The position numbers were made by a program, and so were the translations under genes. The notes under the pieces were generated by a model. It worked only from the letters and a program-made list of their open reading frames with translations, was not told where the DNA came from and ran no database searches. A DNA stretch of 63,973 nt, the filler included, from Choristocarpus tenellus KU-1152 (taxonomy: Eukaryota > Protista > Phaeophyceae), in assembly GCA_964200185.2 (NCBI GenBank). It is 9 parts of 9 records of this genome, joined end to end, with 100 filler letters (N's around TTAATTAATTAA, not from the genome) between each part and the next. Parts side by side here need not be neighbours in the genome. Positions count along the whole stretch, not along the records: positions 28,422 to 32,204 come from CAXNAD020017950.1; positions 32,305 to 36,802 come from CAXNAD020014281.1; positions 36,903 to 40,015 come from CAXNAD020022236.1; positions 40,116 to 43,314 come from CAXNAD020021599.1; 5 more parts are not named here. One strand, written 5' to 3'. Below, one piece after another: positions 28,322-40,185 of this stretch. How positions within the stretch are numbered: the stretch's first letter is position 1; every line of letters begins with the position of its first letter.

Positions 28322-28421
28322 NNNNNNNNNNNNNNNNNNNNNNNNNNNNNNNNNNNNNNNNNNNNTTAATTAATTAANNNNNNNNNNNNNNNNNNNNNNN
28401 NNNNNNNNNNNNNNNNNNNNN
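28322..28421. other. Artificial 100-nt contig linker (same at 32205-32304, 36803-36902, 40016-40115, 43315-43414, 52443-52542, 57398-57497, 60905-61004)
   Basis: N-run with central TTAATTAATTAA, giving stops in all six frames. Confidence 0.97.
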
Positions 28422-28453
28422 CCCATGGGTGCATGAAATCGGGGTAGGTACTG
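28422..28453. mobile_element. Right TIR of a pogo/Tigger-like element
   Basis: GCATGAAATCGGGGTAGGTACTG-TA is the near reverse complement of TA-CAGTACCTACCCCGATTTTATGC at ~56783. Confidence 0.8.
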
Positions 28454-28579
28454 TACTATCTTCTAGGGGTACTTCATTCAGTAAGGTCGGTTGTTCTTTT
28501 TTTTATTATTATGAAATTGTTACATAACCTAAAAAAAAGAGGTCGAAAAGACCATACTTTGTTGGTCAAGGGAGACTAG

Positions 28580-30150
28580 GTACGTATCCCTTCTACGAGG
28601 ACTGAACTCGTCTGCTGCTATCCCTGTGCGCTGTACGGAACGCTAAACACCAGTCATGTCGGAAGGGAAAAAGACGACAGGACTTCTTCTTCGTGCAAGG
28701 TGATTGGGTGCGTACGACTCGAGGATGATGTAACCCAACCGCGACATGCCACCCTCTCTGGACTTGACTTAATGCGCAAAACATTTTCTCTCTCTCCTTC
28801 TGTCAGTTTCCCCTGTCCCATTTGCAACGTGCCCACCCGATTCAGACATCATGTGATAAAAGGAGAGGCTTAGTCCAACCACCGAACGCTGCCATCCCTC
28901 CAAAGGGAACCAGAAGGTGAGTACCCCCTACCACAAACGTGCACCCTCTGTACACCTCATTCTGGAGCGTTTCTGGATGGCCAATATCGCAAAAACCATA
29001 ATGATTTAGCGCCTTTGACATATGTTGCGACTCTCGTCCGCTCACATAGCATGTATTAGCATGTGGATGACATCATCATGTACCCAAGCGGTTGTATGAC
29101 CCCGTAGTATCGGCCCCTAACCCAACCATTGTCGTATAACGTGCCGTAGCCAAAACTCCCATTCGGGGTCAAGCCTTCCTCGACAACCGGCCGTTCACAA
29201 TATGTAACGTATTCCACCAATTTCTATGTATGCGTTCCTCTCAATAAACAGTCCCAACATCTCTTGTACCCGGCTTTGGTGAAAGCATGAACATGCCCCT
29301 CACATTAGGGATTATTGTTACAGCGTGCCCCTCAGAACTCACCTCCACAGGATGTACAACTCAAATCCAATGACCTTAAAACGACGCTATGGGAACGTTG
29401 CCCTTGATAACAGTTTGTAGGGTGTCAGGTGTCCTTCTCTTCTTGATATCCCACTCAGTGCTTATCTCAAAGCTCGACTCAAAGTTTCGTTCAAGATTAA
29501 AGATAAAGACTGGAGGCAAAAAGGGGTGATCGTTTGACCACAAGCCCTCTTATTATTTGCATCATCCACCCAATTTCTTTGGTCTTCGATGCAACTGCTC
29601 TACACGTACTCCAATCATAAACCTTTATTCTGCAACTTCTTAAAGACTTTGACAAATGTGACGTATGCATTCCAAATCTTACTCTGTATCTTCTATGAAA
29701 TCATCATTTATTCTGTAAGGCTACGTATGTGTTACTAATATCGTTTATTGTTCGCACTTGTTAGAACGTGAGAAACAATACTCGCACTATACTGTGCAAA
29801 GTGGCAGCGATTGATACCCCATGGCGTTATGTAGAAAGGTTTTCAGGTCTAAGACCATACCAATTTCGACCACCACAGCTATGTTGCCACCTGTGTAAAT
29901 ATCTTTCGGAACCTCCGTATACATTTCCGAGTGAAAGCAATTTCGCGTCAAAATCGGCGTAACCCCTATGCACGCCGGTGTGTCTATCCTGCCGTATATA
30001 GCACGGGTCTGTCGACACTGGCGACAGATTTTTTGGTGTACACTAAGAGGCCTCCATGTCATAGCGGTTTGAAATCCAGGGAGTAAATGCTCACGTTAGG
30101 CCAAGATTGGCGACGTGTGCAATGTTGAAGAGTTTCCAACGTATCCACCC
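28580..30150 (-). pseudogene. Decayed spliced, Cys-containing coding region of a repeated element (KDZ/CxC-like transposase?)
   Basis: Broken frames with AKLLSLGNVY..RWQHSCG, INDDFIEDTE, IWNAYVTFVKVF, LDLSCTSCG|gtgag; a homologous exon/donor segment recurs at ~56680-56750. Confidence 0.3.
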
Positions 30151-30733
30151 CTCATTGGGCTTTTCTCGGTCTTGAACACAACCAAACGTCTCTACATATG
30201 TTTATGTGTTCATTTGCATTCGGAGCTTGTACGAAGCAGCTGTCAATTGTAGTGTCACCACGTTTTCAAATCCGATGTCCTGTGTTTCTTATCATTAGAA
30301 GCGTGTACACACCACATGCCAGTTGTGGTATCACCAACAATTCAAATTCGATGCCCCTTTATTTCCTACCATTAGAAGCGTGTACACTCCGGCTGTCAGT
30401 AGTGGCATCACCAACATTTTCAAATTCGATGCCCCTGTATTTACTACCATTAGAAGAGTGTACACACCACCTGTGTCAACAGTGGTAACACCAACATTTT
30501 CAAATCTGATACCCCTGTATTTATCACCACCATTAGAACCGTGCACAGACCAGCTGTCAATAGTGGCCGCACCAACATTTTCAAACCCGATGCCCCGGTA
30601 TCTATCACCATTAGAACTGTGTACATACCACCTGTCAATAGCAGTATCACCAACTTTTTCAAATTCAATGGCCTGTATTTCTTACCATTAGAACCGTGTA
30701 CATACAGCTGTCGATAGTGGTGAACCCAAAATT

Positions 30734-30991
30734 GAGTGAAATTATCTTAGAGGGTACGATTGTTGCCCTGTTTGTCCATTTGGGGCTTGGCTTCCGATGG
30801 GCTCTTTTATAACATTTTCCTACTCCAAAATGTTTAGGAGTAGGTAAAGTGTATATGTTATGAAAAGGTGTGTCCGGAACAGGGATATTGACACTTCCAA
30901 TAAACACAATAGTCAAAATTTCATCGAATTCGCAACATTGGATTTTGACTCCCAAATGGACGTGGCTCTACCCTCTAAGATACTTTGGCTC
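30734..30991 (-). mobile_element. MITE family A inserted in the satellite
   Basis: GAGTGAAATTATCTTAGAGGG...TAAGATACTTTGGCTC. Confidence 0.9.
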
Positions 30992-31174
30992 CCCAATGCC
31001 CCTGTATTTATCACGATTAGAACCGTGAACACTCCAGCTGTCAGCGGTGGTATCACTAACAATTTCAAATTCGATGCCCTGTATTTCTTACCATTAGAAC
31101 CGTGCACACACCAGCTGTCAACAATGGTATCACCAACATTTTCAAACCCGATGTCCCTGTATTTATCACCATTA

Positions 31175-31432
31175 GAGTGAAAGTATCTTAGAGGGTACGA
31201 GTTTTGCGCTGTTTGTCCATTTGGGGCTTGGCTTCCCTCGGGGGCTTTATGACTGTTTCCTATTCCAAAATATGTAGGAGTAGGTAAAATGTATACATTA
31301 TGAAAAGGTGTGTCCAGAACAAGGATATTGACGCTTCCTAACAAACACCACAGCCAAAATTACATCGAAATCGCATCATTGGATTTTGACCCCCAAATTG
31401 ACGCGGCTCTACCCTCTAAGATATTTTAGCTC
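31175..31432 (-). mobile_element. MITE family A inserted in the satellite, 4-bp TSD ATTA
   Basis: cacc-ATTA-[GAG...CTC]-ATTA-gaacc versus the empty unit caccATTAgaacc. Confidence 0.93.
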
Positions 31433-32002
31433 ATTAGAACCGTGTACACACCACCTGTCAATAGTGGTATCATCAACATTTTCAAATTCGATGGCCTGTA
31501 ATTCTTACCATTACAACCGTGGACACACCAGCTGTCAATTGTGGTCACACCAAGATTTTCATATCCGATGCCCCTGTATTTATCACCATTAGAACAGTGT
31601 ACACACCAGCCGTCAGTAGTGGTACCATCAACATTTTCAAATTCGATGGCCTGACCACTACAATGCGCCTAAATCTCTGGCAACTTCTAACCGAGGTATA
31701 CCCAAAGCTTGTAGAGTGGTGAGAGAAGGGTGAGGAATGTCATTTCGACTCCGCCCACCAATTAAAATAGGGCTTCAGTCGTTTCAGTTTTTTGTTGAAG
31801 TACGGGTCGAGTTACTTGTGTCTGATTCATGCATCAGTGTACCTACCTTGCCTTGGTGTCGGACTACCATGTTCATGCAGTTTCCATCCGATGGGTTATG
31901 CATTTACACAGTGGTATATGATACATTGCTACCAGTCAGAGGTGTCAGTGTATCGTATATGATACTCATCTTGAGGATTAGACCCGTGTTCTTATTTGTT
32001 TA

Positions 32003-32195
32003 GGTTCAAAATATTCGGGGGGGGGGGGGGGGGGTTGGCGGCTGTTCATTTGGGGTCAATTTTTTCATGTCGCGATTTTTGGGTGATTTGGTTGCATTCG
32101 TCGGATGGATAATGTAGGTGCACCTTTCCTGCCTATTGCCCAAATGGACACCCTGGTGTAGACCTCCCCCCCGACACACACAGATACTTTGGGTC
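32003..32195 (+). mobile_element. MITE family B
   Basis: GGTTCAAAATATTCG(n)...CAGATACTTTGGGTC; flanks TTA/TTA. Confidence 0.8.
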
Positions 32196-32860
32196 TTAAC
32201 AGAGNNNNNNNNNNNNNNNNNNNNNNNNNNNNNNNNNNNNNNNNNNNNTTAATTAATTAANNNNNNNNNNNNNNNNNNNNNNNNNNNNNNNNNNNNNNNN
32301 NNNNAGCAAAAAAAAGAGTTGTTTGACCGAAATGGACGTCCCCTCGCAAACCACCCCCCCCCCCCAGATACTTTGACCCATTTGCCCCTGCAGAGGCACA
32401 ACCTTGACTTGTGTTCATTTCTAGACAGAATATATGGAGAGAGAGAGATTTTAAGGTGGAATTGCTAAGAGAAGCCTAACAACTGAAAAAAATTGGAGTA
32501 TCAGGACAGCAGGAGAATTTCATGTCAGTAGGAACCAAGGTGAGAATTCTGTCTCTGCTGTTTTTGAGAGCTGTAGTCCCTGAGATACGCACCTGCAATG
32601 TTCTGCAAGTAAGTTGAGTACAGGGCTATCCTTTGACTTGGCGAGTTGTACATGGTACTTGGAAGATTATTTACTGTGTATCCATGAATTGGCGTCACAT
32701 GTGTTTTCCATTTAAAGTGATAGTGGCAATGCTTCCATAGTGTGATCACAGTACAATTCTCAGTATCTACTACCAATCACACGTTCGAACAAGATGTCAG
32801 CAAGTATTGACATTTGTACAGGGTGCAGCCAGCAAGCAAATGAGTATTGGTCTTACTTAC

Positions 32861-34655
32861 ATATCCCTTCACCATTCTTGCTGCCAGAATCCGTATTGAC
32901 CACGTAGTGTTGCACACCACAGCCGTGAATAGTGTTCCCATAGATTTCAGCATTGGTGACAAAATATCTCATACGCAGGCATTCACCCCCAGCATTTCTG
33001 ACGTTCATGTTGCGCACAATTAGTCCATCAACTGAAGAAGAGTACGGTTCCGGTTGATATGACGTGGAAAGAAGACGAGGTTCCCTTGTTCCATGCACAT
33101 ACAGGAGCTTATCCATGTACTCTTCATCTTCTTCCACCTCCCCATCAATGGTGAAGTCCTTCAAAGAATGGACAGTTCGGGGATAGATGTGGTAGGTGTT
33201 GCAGACATTCTCAATCAGCTGAAAACATTTTGATATGCAACAGTTGAATAGACTGAAGGGAAACGTACCATTGTTTGTGTACCAGGTAAAAAATCGGCGG
33301 TTGTTGCTCTCCACATCCTTTTATCCCCACCATTGGCTTAACTTTGCCTACTCTATTTTATATGGGTCCAACCTAATATTCACACACCTTAGACCATATA
33401 GTGGCCGGATAGGGTAACTCATCATCTTCACGTTATGCATGATAGGGCAAAGTCAGTACACCAGAGAGGTTGTGTAAGAATTGGCTACAAATTTGTTGTA
33501 CAGGACAACACTTGCTAAACAATGGGCACAACACAAAAAATAGTCACAAATTCCTTGTCCTGGACAAGTTAGGTTTTCTCCTTTTTACACGTTCACATTT
33601 ATTTCTTCTACTGAACTATACTACATTTCAATGCCTTGAAGGGAGCAACCAAATGTGTAAAAGAGTAACAAGGAAGATGTGGGTCACTTCACAGAACATT
33701 GATTAGGGGGACTAAAGCACCAGTGATTTACGCAATGGATATTAGAGGGGAAAAAGTCATTCTTCAGTCAATTTTCTTCCATTTCAATTGCTTGAAGGAA
33801 GCAAACAAAGGTGTGACGAAATAATAAGACAGTCGTGAACATATGCGGGGCAACAGATAATATAGAGCAAAATTATCAAATGTGAACCTGATCATTAATA
33901 CTACTCTGTGCACAACCATTGCACAGGAAAACAGAGGATAAAGAGTAAATGGACTCTATGGACAGCTAATACTGTAAAGCTAACACACTATTGTCGTACA
34001 GACAACAGGACTTGAACGAAACAGCTTGAACGACCTTGATGCTGAAATTGAAAAAATCCGATGTAGGAAAAATGCGACCGAACGATCTAGCGTGGCGCAG
34101 ACAGTGAGCATTAAGGTTTCCGAGGAGTGTACACGTAATGGGTGAAACATCTATATACTTCTCGAACTGCTACTTGGACAGTTCTGATGTCGGCTACATT
34201 CAATACTCTAAGAAGCACCTGTTAGCAATAAGACACCGAAGCCTACCACGCTGCATTCATGCCATGCAATTCTTGGAAAACTACCAAGTATTGTTGCTTT
34301 GTGATGGTGTATTCGTGCACCCTCCATTAATCAGAATATATTCAATTTGAAAATAATGAAATCACAGCATCTTCATACATGTACAAACAGCAGTCTTCGC
34401 AACCTCTTCAACTGCTGCATGCAGCATTTTGCATGACACTCCCATTTCCCTTACCTCGATAGTGTAGTAGTCGTGATGTAGCCTAAAGATCCTGTTATAT
34501 GACGTCTCACCCTTGAGTATGGCGCCACCTGCATCTGTGCCTCGCACAGTGATTCGGTTACCAATTTCCCCATCCGTTTTTGTCTGGATATTCTCGAAGT
34601 ACTCACCCGGGCCAATCGTGATTGTGTCTCCTGGCTGAACTTGATCCAATGCTTC
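32861..34655 (-). CDS. Right-handed parallel beta-helix (pectin lyase-like) protein, two internal exons (34455-34655 and 32861-33158)
   Basis: EALDQVQPGDTITIGPGEYFENI...ITVRG...AILKG | DFTIDG...DKLLYVHG...NAGGECLRMRYFVTNAEIYGNTIHGCG...KNGEGI; canonical in-phase GT-AG sites. Confidence 0.85.
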
Positions 34656-36229
34656 CTGACGTACACCAACACCCGTTACAGGATAAATATACATGAAGAT
34701 ATGTCATCTAAATAGTATTTTGTTGGCGGTTTGAGACTAGAATCAATAGTACACCTCCTGCAGTTGCAGCTATTTGGGTAAAGGGGTCAGGGTGCTCGAG
34801 TTACACATTTAGTATATACTAGCAATATACCTAAAATAGACTCAAATACATGAGTAGCAGAAATGCACCATCGCTTAGGAGTATCCAAGGACCATTTTGT
34901 AAATATGCTTGAAACTCGTAGAGCAAGGGTATTCATAATTGTTGTGAGTGGTCTCTTTCGTAATGTAGAGGTCAACAGGAGGTACGACACCGCTCTTTGG
35001 ATAGACACCACAGTAGTCAGGTTCAAGAAATTGGACTCTAGCAAAGTGATCTTGAAACAGACGACAGCTCGAGCGATTCAAGTTCCGAGATGTGCGTATG
35101 GCAAGTATTGACCATCAAGTGGTGGTGAGCGTTGAGTTGCAATCGAGGTTTATCAGTAATGAAGATGCTCGGTGCCCTAAGAATCGAAAAGAGGTCGACT
35201 CGAGATCAAGACAGTATTGAAAACATTGAAGGAATCATTATCGACGATAGCTTCAATCTGTATCTGAGACCATGGCTACTCTGCCATGTTGTTGTTCCTC
35301 AATGTAGTGAAACTCGTCCATAAGAGCCTGCAAGGTTCTGATACCTACACGGTCTTCGAAACAGCGACTGAACGAAACCAGCTTGTTCAAGTGGCTTGGT
35401 GGAAAGCATCAACGACTTTACTACCCTTCTTCTAAATCCTACACGAGGCTAACTCGTCATCTTCCGATGACTGACGGGGATCAAGACCCTCGGCAAGAAG
35501 TACATGAGTGGGTAAGGTATTTACCAGAACATAGAGCGGATAAGAATGAGATCGATATCACGAACACACCTGGATGGATTCGCCCTCAAAGACTTCATAG
35601 ACTTCACCCACAACTATTCCCAGCAGTCCGATAAGGACTATAAGAAATGTCGCGAAAGACATGGCGATCTCCCCTGCGCCTTAGTGTCGGGATGTCCTTG
35701 GGAAGCAATCACCTACGAGGACTGCATACTGTGCTGAAAAATTAATGACCAGTACAAAGTGTGGTATATGATGTTACATACAATATGCGATTACAAAGTA
35801 TTGTACTAGAATACTTGCTGTATCAATATATTATTATACTCTCTCCACTCCAAAGATCCAAGGTAGGAAAACGCATCGTTTGAAACACAGAATCGGCTCA
35901 AAAAAACAAAACGTTACTACCCCTTCCATGTTCCTATCACATTCGTACGTTCCAGAACGAAAAATGACACATACAATGATATTTTATTATGATGTCCTTT
36001 GGCATTTTGGAGGTAGGTACAATAATGTTTGACAGTTTTAAAATATTTTAATCTTCCACATCACCACCATAATCAATTCTTCGCATATATAGGTTTGTTT
36101 TATTATGCGATGTGACATTTTACAGGTAGGTGTGCTAAGGGAAAAATGGATACATATGTTTCACACATAAAATGAGAAATTTCACAACATTTCAGAATGA
36201 AAAAAATTATAGTGGTACCAGTAGTAGCT

Positions 36230-36802
36230 TCGCCCTCTGGGGATATCTCGTCATACCTTTTTTTGATGTAGACCCCCAACTCTTATCACTTCTATACACT
36301 ATACTTGGTTGCCTTTCCCTCCCCTATAAGCTGACATTGTTACGCATAATAATACATATTTTACTATTATGCCCTCTGACATTTTGCAGATGTGTCAGGG
36401 GAAAAAACAATGAAATCTATATTCACATGTCAGAAAATCCCTAAAAAAGTAACAGTAGTCATAAATGCATTCATCTATTCGCTATTTTACTACCAGCTAT
36501 GCTGTACCACTGCCTTCCTGTGCCTCCCACCTAGCTATTCCTGCACCCCAGGGACAGAGGAGACTTCAGGGTCCTAGTCCCCAAGCACCTGAGCGAGAAT
36601 CCAGGTGAGCTTAGGCAGACCATTACAGATGCAAGGGACATGGTGCAAGGGGATACAAGATCTGGGGAACAACGGTACTGCCCCCCTGAGGGGGAGTACA
36701 CCCCCACCTCCCTACGAACGGCCTTCATGAGACCGAGCAGTAACTCTACACCAGGCCCCGATGGGATGCGCCCCAGCCACATCAGATAAGCCATCACGAC
36801 AG
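36230..36802 (+). mobile_element. Rearranged fragment of the CRE-like retrotransposon family (3' UTR segments plus RT N-terminal part)
   Basis: LRTAFMRPSSNSTPGPDGMRPSHIR (non-LTR RT domain 0/1); 36350-36430 is the reverse complement of ~52250-52320, and 36430-36545 resembles 52126-52247. Confidence 0.65.
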
Positions 36803-36931
36803 NNNNNNNNNNNNNNNNNNNNNNNNNNNNNNNNNNNNNNNNNNNNTTAATTAATTAANNNNNNNNNNNNNNNNNNNNNNNNNNNNNNNNNNNNNNNNNN
36901 NNCCCCAGTATCTTGTAGTACTCCCTTCCTT

Positions 36932-39900
36932 TGTCCTAATCAACCTCTACCTGTTGCCCAGGGGGGGGGGAGCTAGGGAGGCGATTTACCCTTTGCATAT
37001 TGTACCAAATCAAAGATAAACGTACATTAAAACAATGCCATATACTTGTATCAGCACATAACAACATAAGGATAGCACTAGGTGATTTGACATCCTCCCC
37101 TACCTGAAAACAACTATTAACTCTCAAACAATCACACCAAAAATATACAAACACACACACACATGGCATTCCTCTACATGTTCATCAAACCTTCACACGT
37201 CTATATGTTCTTACTGGCAAATTCTTGGTCAACACATCTGACCTTTGGTTTACAGTTCCAACATAAACAACACGAATCTCTCTTTTTCTCGCTAAGTCCC
37301 TCAGAAAATGGTGTCAGACTTCAAGTGCTTTGTTCTAGTAGACTCTAGCTTGTGACATTGCGTACCAGTTTGCATGCACCATCATTATCCTCAAACTTGT
37401 CAAAACAACGCCTAGAAAACTTTGGCTGAATAAACTCAAAAACACCTCACAAGAAAAGCAATTCTTGTGCCACACTGCTAAGGGCCATATACCATATATT
37501 CACTCTCCGTGGAAGACAGACCTACAACCTTTTTGTACCTTTGACATCCAAGATATCGCTCTTCCGGCAAACATTATTGCTCCTCCAGTCACTGATCTAC
37601 GATCATTACAGTCTTCAGCATAACTAGCATCAGCATATGCACTCAACTCACACTCAGTATCAAAACCACCAAACCTCAATCCAACACTGGGACATGTATT
37701 CAAATATGCCAGAATACACTTCACTGCATGCCAACGTGTGACTTTGGGGTTACTACTGTATTTGGCAACCTCACAAACTGCATTTGCAATGTCCAGCCTT
37801 GTCATAACAGCTGCCCACATCAAACTACCAACTGCCTCTCTGTACAGTGTATTTTCATCAACACTTGGATGATTCTCACCCTTGTCGAAAGTCCTTGAGA
37901 GATCATGGGGTACCGGCCTCTTCTTTGCCCCATCCATACCAAATCTTTGACAAATACTATTAACGCACTTGTTCTGACTAATGCTGACTGTGCAATTTTG
38001 TCACGTGAAATATCACAACCCATATAGTACTCAAGGTCACCGAAATCTACTATTGAAAACTACTCCTTGATCCTGTAACGAACCCAAATCAAAACATAAT
38101 TTATACCAGCCACCAGGAGATCATCAAAGTGTGGGGTTATCACAGCACAAACAACACCATCTTTTACATAGTGTAACACACAGGGATCTGCTCTCCATTG
38201 CTCAAAACCACATTGTTCCAAAACGTGCACCAACAAATTAATATACTCCCTGCTAGCCTGTTTGGTGCCATAAAGAGCTTTCGCTAAACGTACAATCTTT
38301 TCTGACCTTGTACCACATCCATCACATAGACGAACAAAATCTCTTCACAAATGCCTGCCTGGATAAAAGCTTGCTTGACATCCCAATGTTTTAATTCCCT
38401 GTCTTTGACTGCAGCTCATACTAAGGCCATTCTCAAAGATGCAGGCGGTGGCGCCGGAGCAAAAGTATCTTGATAATCTAATCCCTCAATCTGTCGGAAA
38501 CCTTTTGCTACCAAACGTGCCTTGTCTCTAACTACCTCACCGAATGTGTTAGTTTTACATTTTTTTTATCCATTTAGTGTCAATTGCCCTGCGTCCAGGG
38601 GGTAATACAGCCTACATCCAAACATTATTCGACAACAGACCAGACATCTCTTCTACTCTAGCTTGATCCCATAAATCACATTCGCGAGAGCAACGTGCTG
38701 CTCCTACAGTAGTCCCTCTTGCCATGGTTAGCCACAGCGACTAACATGGTCTTGAGTTTTCTTCGTCCACTTCATTTCCTTGCTGGTTCCATTGTCGATC
38801 CAGCTAAATCATCCGCCTGCTTAGATGGCACCACTCTCGTCTGGTGACTCAGCTGAAGGTCTCCATTACCTCCAAAGTTGTTGAAATCATCCGCCTGCTT
38901 AGACCGCGTCACTCTCGTCTGGCGACTCAGCTGAAGGTGGTCTGTACCTTCAAAGTTGTTAAAATCATCCACCTGCTTTTAAACGTCATCGCACTCCCCT
39001 GGCAACAAACAGTCTGCAGGTGCCCTTTGCTCCCGCAGCTGTAGCACAGTCCTATTGTGCTTGGCCAATCCGCACTTACCACATACCTCTTGCACCTTGG
39101 TCAGACCCCTGGCACGGGATCCTGTCGTCCCAGGGTCTGTAAGATGACCAGTCGCACCTTGGCTGCCTCTTCTGCTAACCTTCTGATTCCTCTTCTACAA
39201 GTTCATGGTTCTTGCAGCAAGAGCACTGCTAGGCTCCCTGTGATCAGCTACCTCTCGTTGCAACAAGAAGTAGCATGAACGAGCAATGTGTTGAATCGAT
39301 GCCCTTGAAAGCTCATCGACACCATGATATTGCAGGAAATGCGTGGTGATCTGGAAGTCGTCATCCAGAAAATCCATCATAGCGATTTGAAGTGCCTGCT
39401 CCAATATTTCATGTCCCATCAATGCCATCTGGCTTACCCAGTCTAATATATTGGTGAAGGTGGTTTGGGGGTCGAACCCCTGTGGCATCTTTACATTCAT
39501 GACCATCCTCTGCAACCTCAAAATTTCCTCAACTGAATGGATAAGAAAATTCTCCCTCGATTGCTTCCAAGCTTCCGATGGTGAAGCTGCATTGTGGACA
39601 ATGCACCTGAAGAAGTCAGTGATACTTCTTAAAAGAACGTCATATGCCTTTTTGGCCTTGGTGATGTCATCATCATTCACGTCCTCCACCTTGATGAAGT
39701 TAATATCACCCACTCTGATGGGCTCCTTCCTTTCATCAAGTGCCTCATCAATGCAGTGCCTTTTGCGCCAAGAAGTGCATGCGTAGTGGCAAACCTGTCA
39801 GAGTAATTATCATCGGACAATAGAAGGAGTTTGGTGTGAATCTCATCTAAGGACATGAGGTATGTAAACCCAATTCAAACCAATGCAGTTCGACTGCGCC

Positions 39901-39960
39901 TCCCCTTGCTAGAGTGTGTTGATATGAGCGCTTACAAGTGGGTTGGAAAGCTTGGCGCAT
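36932..39960 (-). mobile_element. Decayed Ty1/Copia LTR retrotransposon (3' LTR 36932-37092; RT/RNase H; gag; no recognisable PR/IN)
   Basis: LTR TGTC...GACA with PPT AGGGGAGGA; YREAVGSLMWAAVMTRLDIA, AYADASYA..DRRSVTG, KARLVAKGFRQ; gag knuckle CYSCGSKGHLQTVC. Confidence 0.88.
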
Positions 39961-39969
39961 GTAAGGCTT

Positions 39970-40015
39970 GAGCCAAAGTATCTTAGAGGGTAGAGCCGCG
40001 TCCATTTGGGGGTCA
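39970..40015 (+). mobile_element. MITE family A left end at contig end
   Basis: GAGCCAAAGTATCTTAGAGGGTAGAGCCGCG. Confidence 0.85.
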
Positions 40016-40115
40016 NNNNNNNNNNNNNNNNNNNNNNNNNNNNNNNNNNNNNNNNNNNNTTAATTAATTAANNNNNNNNNNNNNNNNNNNNNNNNNNNNN
40101 NNNNNNNNNNNNNNN

Positions 40116-40185
40116 CTGTTCTACATAATGAGGAAATAATCGAGTTATTTACACACACGTCTTGGGAACACCAGTTTCTTTAACA
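40116..40185 (+). mobile_element. End of a Copia LTR (same family as LTR 54704-55078)
   Basis: Near reverse complement of 54704-54773, ending ...CCAGTTTCTTTAACA. Confidence 0.85.

Larger units (their letters stand above)
30218..31652. repeat. Tandem satellite, ~12 units of 77-78 bp, interrupted by two family A MITEs
   Basis: Consensus ATTAGAACCGTGTACACACCAGCTGTCAATAGTGGTATCACCAACATTTTCAAATTCGATGCCCCTGTATTTATCACC. Confidence 0.95.

Noticed and set aside
28366-28377. TTAATTAATTAA as a biological motif
   Set aside because: Always centred in 100-nt N-runs; an artificial six-frame-stop linker
29270-29530. Ubiquitin-specific protease-like motifs (LPPVFIFNLERNF, EGHA/GHVH)
   Set aside because: No Cys box; the His-like words lie in a probable intron after a conserved GT donor
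30198-30691. Repeat-protein ORFs in the satellite
   Set aside because: Units vary between about 76 and 83 bp, so the frame is not maintained
30218-31652. CRISPR-like array
   Set aside because: The whole unit is repeated, with no unique spacers and no cas genes; it is a satellite
34060-34210. Tyrosine recombinase-like words (AHCLRHA, ADIRTVQ) on the minus strand
   Set aside because: Different frames and the wrong order for a recombinase; no catalytic Tyr context
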